24,000 nt of DNA from an uncultured Prevotellamassilia sp. (lineage in GTDB: Bacteria; Bacteroidota; Bacteroidia; Bacteroidales; Bacteroidaceae), in the NCBI GenBank assembly GCA_964641085.1, contig CAZXJS010000011.1, positions 39,588 to 63,587 on the forward strand, read 5' to 3'. The position numbers were made by a program, and so were the translations under genes. Position 1 is the first letter of the stretch; the number at the start of each line of letters is the position of its first letter. This document shows positions 14,635 through 24,000 of this stretch, piece after piece. The notes beneath the pieces are model-generated. The model saw nothing but the letters and a program-made list of their open reading frames with translations, was not told the origin of the DNA and did not search any database.

Positions 14635-15189
14635 ATGACTGAGAGAGAGAAAGCCTTGGCGGGCGAGTGGTACGACGCGGCGGGCGACGCCGAGCTCCGG
14701 GGCATCATGAAGCGCACGCAGGAGTTGCTCTATCGCCTGAACGCCCTGCCCCCCGGCGAGCGGGCGGCGCGCGACGCCCTGTTGCGCCAAATCCTGGGCG
14801 CCGTGGGGCGCGACTGCCAGGTGCTCACCCCCTTCTATTGCGACTACGGGGTGAACATACGCGTGGGCGACGCCTTCTTCATGAATAAGGGGTGCCACGT
14901 GTTGGACGGCGGCTCGGTCAGCTTCGGCAACCACGTCTTCGTGGGACCCATGTGCGGCTTCCACACCGCCATCCATCCCCTCGACGCCGAGCGCCGCAAC
15001 CGCGCCCTGGAGCGCGCCGAGCCCATCGTCGTGGAGGACGACGTGTGGATTGGCGCCCAGGCCTGCGTCCTGCCCGGCGTGCGCATAGGGCGTGGCGCCG
15101 TGGTCGGAGCGGGCAGCGTCGTCACGCACGACGTACCGCCGCTCACCGTAGCTGCGGGTAATCCCTGCCGCGTCATCCGTAGCCTCTGA
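14635..15189 (+). CDS. Sugar O-acetyltransferase, Maa/LacA family (left-handed beta-helix)
   Basis: 184 aa. N-terminal Mac domain EKALAGEWYDAAGDAELRGIMKRTQELLYRLN. Hexapeptide repeats and VVEDDVWIGAQACVLPGVRIGRGAVVGAGSVVTHDVPPLTVAAGNPCRVIR. Confidence 0.9.
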   Translation: MTEREKALAGEWYDAAGDAELRGIMKRTQELLYRLNALPPGERAARDALLRQILGAVGRDCQVLTPFYCDYGVNIRVGDAFFMNKGCHVLDGGSVSFGNHVFVGPMCGFHTAIHPLDAERRNRALERAEPIVVEDDVWIGAQACVLPGVRIGRGAVVGAGSVVTHDVPPLTVAAGNPCRVIRSL

Positions 15190-15202
15190 CTTTCAAGCCG
15201 TT

Positions 15203-15301
15203 GATAAGTCCGACTTGTCAGCTGACAGGTCGGACTTATCAGCTGACAGGTCGGACTTATCAGCCGATAGGTCGGACTTGTCAGCGGGCAGGTCGCACCT
15301 C
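15203..15301. repeat. 21-bp tandem array (about 4.5 units, GTC[G/C]GACTTATCAGCTGACAG) starting with a 38-bp near-perfect palindrome
   Basis: Units start at 15208, 15229, 15250, 15271 and 15292 (partial). 15203-15240 (GATAAGTCCGAC-TTGTCAGCTGACAG-GTCGGACTTATC) is self-complementary at 36 of 38 positions. It is followed by CCTCCCGCCG (15298-15307). Confidence 0.95.
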
Positions 15302-15386
15302 CCGCCGCTTGCATCCGCCGGGGGGCTTCGTCAGTCTATACGCTATTTTACCCGTCTCCCCCTGCGCCCTTTTTGGGAGAAATGCG

Positions 15387-15394
15387 TAAGTTTG
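15387..15394 (+). promoter_or_regulatory. Candidate -7 box TAAGTTTG upstream of the beta-galactosidase gene
   Basis: TAAGTTTGCCC lies 92 nt upstream of the 15486 start. No well-spaced -33 TTTG was seen. Confidence 0.4.
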
Positions 15395-15473
15395 CCCTGC
15401 GCCCTGCCGCGCCCCCGTCTCCGAGATGGCGCGTCGCAGCAGAGGGCACAACGGGAAAGAAACACATATATAA

Positions 15474-19580
<4,107 letters not shown>

Positions 19581-19613
19581 TAGCGCCGCGCCGCAGTCGG
19601 CTACCGGCAAACC

Positions 19614-19650
19614 AAGGCTCTGCTTCCCGTTTGGGAGCGGAGCCTTTTTG
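19614..19650 (+). terminator. Intrinsic terminator of the beta-galactosidase gene
   Basis: GGCTCTGCTTCCC-GTTT-GGGAGCGGAGCC (19616-19644) followed by TTTTTG. Confidence 0.75.
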
Positions 19651-19918
19651 CTTGCCTGTCTCGGTGTTAAATACAGGCGGAAGTACGCGGCAAAACGGCA
19701 GCTCGGCACGATGCCGCGCCCTTGGCGGGATGGGGAGCGGACGCCTTTCTTCGTGCTTCCTCAAAGCGTTAGCAGAAAACGCCGCAGGGTAACAAACTGC
19801 GCTGAAATACGGCCTCTTTGCTGACACTTTGCTTCCGCGCATTTCAGCGTCTCCTTTTTAACTTCATTCTATGGAATTATGGAACAGCACGTTGGCTTTG
19901 TGCTTTGACAGCTCGGAT

Positions 19919-20010
19919 GTGCCGACTGACACGTCCGACCTATGAGCTGATAAGTCCGACCTATGAGCTGACACGTCCGACCTATGAGCTGATAAGTCCG
20001 ACGTGTCAGC
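19919..20010. repeat. 21-bp tandem array (about 4 units, CTATGAGCTGA[TA/CA][A/C]GTCCGAC), same family as 15203-15301
   Basis: GTCCGAC cores end at 19939, 19960, 19981 and 20002 (spacing 21 bp). The reverse complement of a unit (GTCGGACTTATCAGCTCATAG) matches the 15.2-kb unit at 19/21. Direct alignment gives 16-17/21 because the unit is near-palindromic. It is followed by CCTCCCGCCG (20016-20025). Confidence 0.95.
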
Positions 20011-20023
20011 CCGTGCCTCCCGC

Positions 20024-20061
20024 CGGCGGACGGGAAGAGCCGTCCGCCGTTATTCTTTAGG
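20024..20061 (+). terminator. Strong terminator-like hairpin immediately after the repeat array
   Basis: CGGCGGACGG (20024-20033) is the perfect reverse complement of CCGTCCGCCG (20040-20049), with loop GAAGAG, followed by TTATTCTTTAGG. Confidence 0.6.
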
Positions 20062-20146
20062 AGAGTCGGCAGGCCGGTGTTGCGGCGGGCGGAGTCACGG
20101 CAGTGCGCTAAAGGCTTCCGGAGGTGCGCTAAAAAATGTTTTTTAC

Positions 20147-20177
20147 TTTGTGCTTCCGCGGGCAAGGGCTAACTTTG
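20147..20177 (+). promoter_or_regulatory. Bacteroidota-type promoter upstream of parA (-33 TTTG, -7 TAACTTTG)
   Basis: TTTG at 20147-20150 and TAACTTTG at 20170-20177, spacer 19 nt. About 140-nt leader to the parA ATG at 20321. Confidence 0.6.
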
Positions 20178-20320
20178 CAAGTTAAGGGGAGTTGCGCTTG
20201 TGCGGCGTGGGGGTCTCGGCAGCGCGCTACGGCTTGCCCGGTCTTGAAAAGGCGGCGAAAGCCGTTGGCAAGGGGCAGAGATGAGCTTGCGCGGAGACCG
20301 CTTCCCGAAAAAGCTACGAT

Positions 20321-21085
20321 ATGGGAAAAATCATCGCTTTGGCCAACCAGAAGGGCGGCGTGGGCAAGACCACGACGGCCATGAACCTAGCCGCCTCGCT
20401 GGCCACGCTGGAGAAGAAGGTGCTGCTCATCGACGCCGACCCGCAGGCCAACGCCTCGTCAGGGCTGGGTGTTGACATCTCGGAGGTGGAATCCTCCCTC
20501 TACGAGAGCATCATCAGCCGCGGCGACCTGCGCGAGGCTATCTATACGACGGACATCGCGGGGCTCGACGTGGTGCCCTCACACATCGACCTTGTGGGCG
20601 CCGAGGTGGAGATGCTGAATTTTCAGCGGCGCGAGTTTGTGGTGCGAGATCTGCTCCAGCCCGTGAAGGATGAGTACGACTACGTGCTGATAGACTGTTC
20701 GCCGTCGCTGGGATTGATCACGGTGAACTGCCTCACGGCGGCAGACAGCGTCATCATTCCCGTGCAGTGCGAATACTTCGCGCTGGAGGGAATCAGCAAG
20801 CTGCTGAACACGATTAGGATTATCAAGAAAAAGCTGAACCCGCACTTGGAGATAGAGGGCTTCCTGCTGACGATGTACGACAGCCGCCTGCGCCTGGCCA
20901 ACCAGATCTACGACGAGGTGAAGCGCCACTTCCAGGAGCTTGTGTTCAATACGGTCATCCAGCGAAACGTGAAGCTCTCCGAGGCGCCGAGCCACGGCAT
21001 GCCGGCCATACTCTACGACGCCACGTCGCGCGGGGCAAAGGACCACATGGCGCTGGCGCGGGAGCTCATCGCGCGCGGACGGTGA
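20321..21085 (+). CDS. parA: Chromosome-partitioning ATPase ParA/Soj
   Basis: 254 aa. Deviant Walker [17 protein letters not shown], then [12 protein letters not shown] and [11 protein letters not shown]. Confidence 0.95.
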   Translation: MGKIIALANQKGGVGKTTTAMNLAASLATLEKKVLLIDADPQANASSGLGVDISEVESSLYESIISRGDLREAIYTTDIAGLDVVPSHIDLVGAEVEMLNFQRREFVVRDLLQPVKDEYDYVLIDCSPSLGLITVNCLTAADSVIIPVQCEYFALEGISKLLNTIRIIKKKLNPHLEIEGFLLTMYDSRLRLANQIYDEVKRHFQELVFNTVIQRNVKLSEAPSHGMPAILYDATSRGAKDHMALARELIARGR

Positions 21086-21122
21086 GGCCGTCGGCGCCGA
21101 CAATGAAACAGAAGATAAGGAT

Positions 21123-22016
21123 ATGGCAGTACACAAGAAATATCCCGCCTTAGGTCGCGGCCTCGACGCGCTGATCAGCACGGACGACGAGATACGCACG
21201 AGCGGCTCGTCGAGCATCAACGAGGTGCCGCTGGACAAGATACGGGCCAACCCCGACCAACCGCGCCACGAGTTTGACGCTACCGCCCTGAACGAGCTGG
21301 CCGATAGCATACGCCAGCTGGGCATCGTGCAACCCATCACGCTCCGGCAGATGGAGGACGGCACGTACCAGATCGTGGCCGGTGAGCGCCGCTGGCGCGC
21401 CTCGAAGTTGGCCGGGCTGGAGACCATCCCGGCCTACATCCGCACGGCTTCCGACGAGGCCATGATGCAAATGGCTTTGGTGGAGAACATCCAGCGCGAA
21501 GACCTGAACGCCATAGAGGTGGCGCTGGCTTACCAACGACTCATCGAGCAGTATCACCTGACGCAGGAGGAGCTCTCCGAGAAGGTGGGAAAGAAGCGCG
21601 CCACCGTGGCCAACGCGCTGCGCCTGCTGAAGCTGCCCGCCCCCGTGCAGATGGCGCTGCGAAACAAGACGATAGACCAAGGCCATGCGCGCGCCCTGCT
21701 GGGCGCCCAGGAGCCCTCCGTGCAGCTGCGGCTCTTTCGCGAGGTGCAGGAGAAAGGCTACTCCGTAAGGCAAGTGGAGGAGATGGTGAAGGCGCTCAAT
21801 GCCGGCGAGACGGTGAAGAGCGGCACGCGCACGCTACGCAGCCGCGCAGGGCAACTGCCTGAGGAATACAACGAGCTGAAGGACAGGCTCTCCGGCTTCT
21901 TCCAAACCAAAGTGCAGATGACGTGCAGCCCGAAGGGGAAAGGACGCATCACCATAGCCTTCGAGAACGAAGAACAGCTCGAACACATCGTTGCGATGTT
22001 CGACAAAATGCGTTAG
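21123..22016 (+). CDS. parB: Chromosome-partitioning protein ParB/Spo0J
   Basis: 297 aa. ALGRGLDALI, ParB box IVQPITLR...YQIVAGERRWRASKLAG, HTH LTQEELSEKVGKKRATVANALRLLKLP. Confidence 0.95.
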   Translation: MAVHKKYPALGRGLDALISTDDEIRTSGSSSINEVPLDKIRANPDQPRHEFDATALNELADSIRQLGIVQPITLRQMEDGTYQIVAGERRWRASKLAGLETIPAYIRTASDEAMMQMALVENIQREDLNAIEVALAYQRLIEQYHLTQEELSEKVGKKRATVANALRLLKLPAPVQMALRNKTIDQGHARALLGAQEPSVQLRLFREVQEKGYSVRQVEEMVKALNAGETVKSGTRTLRSRAGQLPEEYNELKDRLSGFFQTKVQMTCSPKGKGRITIAFENEEQLEHIVAMFDKMR

Positions 22017-22023
22017 TCGCAAC

Positions 22024-22722
22024 GTGGTACGGCAAAGCCTGACATACCGCCTCCTGACGGCCTGCGCCGCGCTGATGCTGGCCTTGCCCGGCAAGCTCAG
22101 CGCCGAGGCCGACACAGTGCGCACGGACACGCTCATCGATGTTGCCGCGCTGGACACCGCCTACGCCGACACAGCGCGCATCGGAGCCATTGCCGACGCC
22201 ACGCCAAAGTCCCGGCCGCTGAAGCCGCAGTTCGTACCGAAACCGCAAAGGGCACTCTGGCTGGCACTCGTCTGCCCCGGCGCCGGACAGATATACAACC
22301 GGAAATACTGGAAACTACCCATCTTCTACGGCGGCTTCCTTGGTTGCACCTACGCCTTGATGTGGAACCAGCAAATGTACAAAGACTACTCGCAGGCCTA
22401 CCTCGACATCATGGACGACGACCCCAACACGACGAGCTACCTCGACATGCTGCCGCCCAACTACGACATCACGGGACGCGAGGAACGCTTTAAGACCATA
22501 TTTAAGAACAAGAAAAACTACTACCGGCGCTATCGCGACTTGAGTGCGTTCTGCTTCATCGGCGTTTACCTGCTGAGCGTCATCGACGCCTACGTGGACG
22601 CCCACCTCTCGCAGTTCGACATCTCGCCCGACCTGAGCATGCGCCTTAGCCCGGCTGTAATCAGCAACCCCGCGCCCCGCACCACGGCGGCCTACGGCGT
22701 AGGGCTCGGCCTGAACTTCTGA
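22024..22722 (+). CDS. DUF5683-family membrane protein (conserved downstream partner of parB in Bacteroidales)
   Basis: ALWLALVCPGAGQIYNRKYWKLPIFYGGFLG and DLSAFCFIGVYLLSVIDAYVDAHL. The track start 21991 overlaps parB. A GTG at 22024, just after the parB stop, gives a signal-like N-terminus. The start is uncertain. Confidence 0.8.
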   Translation: MVRQSLTYRLLTACAALMLALPGKLSAEADTVRTDTLIDVAALDTAYADTARIGAIADATPKSRPLKPQFVPKPQRALWLALVCPGAGQIYNRKYWKLPIFYGGFLGCTYALMWNQQMYKDYSQAYLDIMDDDPNTTSYLDMLPPNYDITGREERFKTIFKNKKNYYRRYRDLSAFCFIGVYLLSVIDAYVDAHLSQFDISPDLSMRLSPAVISNPAPRTTAAYGVGLGLNF

Positions 22723-22789
22723 GACCGCCGCATCCCGCCGAAAGCGCGATGCACACGCGGGCGGCAACGTTTTACAAAAGACTTACGAC

Positions 22790-24000
22790 ATGACACATAC
22801 GAGACGCATCCTCCTCAGCGCTGCCCTGCTGGCCCTTCCGACCTTGCTGACGGCGCAGAACGAAATCACGGCCTACGACGCCTACTTAGGGCAGGAAGAG
22901 ACCATCGACCTGCCCGAAGGCATGATGGTCAGCGAGGACTCCCTGCTCGGAGAATGGCAGGCCAAGAACTATCTCTTCCCCGATACGACGTGCGAAAACC
23001 CCGACTACAACCCGGAGTACGCGCCGGAAGTCTATCGCGAACGCCTCCAGCGCCTGCCCACCGTCATCGAGATGACTTATAACGACATCGTGCAGAAGTT
23101 TATCGACCGCTACAGCGGCCCCGGACGCCGACAGGTAAGCGCCATGCTGGGTGCAGCGAACCTCTACGTGCCCATGTTTGAGGAGGCGTTGGATTTTTAC
23201 GGCCTGCCGCTGGAGCTGAAGTACCTGCCCGTCATCGAGAGTGCCATGAACCCCAAGGCCGTAAGCCCCGTCGGCGCCACAGGGCTGTGGCAGTTCATGC
23301 TCGCCACCGGCAAGCACTACGGACTGCAGGTCAACAGCCTCGTGGACGAGCGGCGCGACCCCGTAAAGCAGACCTGGGCCGCCGCACGCTTCCTGCGCGA
23401 CCTTTTTAAGATATACGGAGACTGGCACCTCGTGCTTGCAGCCTACAACTGCGGCCCGGGAAACGTGAATAAGGCTATCCACCGCGCCGGCGGAGAGCGA
23501 AACTACTGGAAGATATACCCCTACCTGCCCCACGAGACGCGCGGATACGTCCCCGCCTTTATCGCCGCAAACTATATCATGAACTATTATTGCGACCACA
23601 ACATCTGCCCCATGCGCACGAAGTATCCGCTGCAGACGGACACCATCATGGTGAACCGCAACATCGACATGCGGCAGGTCGCAACGCTTTGCGAGCTGGA
23701 CTACGACGTACTTACCGCCCTGAACCCCCAATATAAGACGAAGGTGATACCGGGCGCCAGCACACCCGCCGCACTACGCCTGCCCCAGGAGAGCGTGCAG
23801 AAATTCCTCGCCCAAGCCGCAAACGTGAGCGACGAAGAAGCCAACGAATACATCGAAGAAAACAAGGAGGTAGCCTTGGACCCTCGTGCGCCGGCCGCGC
23901 AGGCTGACGTCGTAGAGCGACTCTCCGAGCGCGAAGAAACGAACCCCACCCGCACAGCACGCGCCACCACGGCAAAGAAAACCACCGCCACGCGCGCAAC
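22790..24000 (+). CDS. MltD-like membrane-bound lytic murein transglycosylase (3' end beyond window)
   Basis: Not in the supplied ORF track because it has no stop in the window. My translation from the ATG at 22790 gives MTHTRRILLSAALLALPTLLTAQ (signal), then the SLT domain: LPVIESAMNPKAVSPVGATGLWQFM (catalytic Glu in ES), AAYNCGPGNVNKAI and YVPAFIAANYIM. The frame stays open to 24000. Confidence 0.9.
   Translation, partial: MTHTRRILLSAALLALPTLLTAQNEITAYDAYLGQEETIDLPEGMMVSEDSLLGEWQAKNYLFPDTTCENPDYNPEYAPEVYRERLQRLPTVIEMTYNDIVQKFIDRYSGPGRRQVSAMLGAANLYVPMFEEALDFYGLPLELKYLPVIESAMNPKAVSPVGATGLWQFMLATGKHYGLQVNSLVDERRDPVKQTWAAARFLRDLFKIYGDWHLVLAAYNCGPGNVNKAIHRAGGERNYWKIYPYLPHETRGYVPAFIAANYIMNYYCDHNICPMRTKYPLQTDTIMVNRNIDMRQVATLCELDYDVLTALNPQYKTKVIPGASTPAALRLPQESVQKFLAQAANVSDEEANEYIEENKEVALDPRAPAAQADVVERLSEREETNPTRTARATTAKKTTATRA

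Noticed and set aside
14417-15301. Replication origin idea: genes switch from mostly minus-strand (left) to all plus-strand (right) around 14.5 kb, parAB are nearby, and the repeats contain TTATC.
   Set aside because: The repeat core TTATCAGCT does not match the DnaA box TTATNCACA beyond the first five bases. There is no dnaA/dnaN gene or AT-rich unwinding element here. A strand switch within 24 kb is weak evidence. A whole-genome GC-skew analysis would be needed.
19581-22016. Canonical parS site (TGTTTCACGTGAAACA) near or within parAB; also whether the 21-bp array is the centromere.
   Set aside because: I found no close match by eye anywhere in the window. Every CACGTG-containing site has unrelated flanks. 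The 21-bp family also occurs far from parAB, so a dedicated centromere role is unsupported. My scan was manual, so a degenerate parS could have been missed.

Overview
High-GC chromosomal segment with Bacteroidota (probably Bacteroidales) hallmarks: TAnnTTTG(CC) -7 promoter boxes, lipoprotein signal peptides, and the parA-parB-DUF5683-lytic transglycosylase block. I call 21 protein-coding genes. By eye I see no rRNA/tRNA, CRISPR, transposase or integrase. Left to right: (1) the 3' part of a sulfatase; (2) a tightly packed minus-strand O-acylation operon (SGNH hydrolase, MBOAT, two DHHW/AlgJ-like paralogues); (3) a ~700-bp non-coding region holding three tandem-repeat arrays (21-bp TCGGACTTA units, 22-bp units carrying the palindrome TTACAATTGTAA, 63-bp hairpin units); (4) a minus-strand operon of a beta-propeller lipoprotein, a periplasmic-binding lipoprotein and a FecCD permease, with no ATPase; (5) Hsp20; (6) a visibly more AT-rich islet with a sigma-70-like protein fused in frame to a macrodomain-like module, divergent from an orphan cytoplasmic vWA protein; (7) YjbR, a flavoprotein, HIT and GreA; (8) a LacA/Maa-type acetyltransferase and a 1364-aa secreted GH2 beta-galactosidase bracketed by two more arrays of the 21-bp repeat family; (9) parA, parB, DUF5683 and an MltD-like transglycosylase that runs off the window and is missing from the ORF track. 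The best candidates for something undescribed are the sigma/macro-like fusion with its vWA neighbour, and the dispersed 21/22-bp near-palindromic repeat family (three loci in 15 kb). All functional calls rest on motif recognition by eye; no database search was possible.
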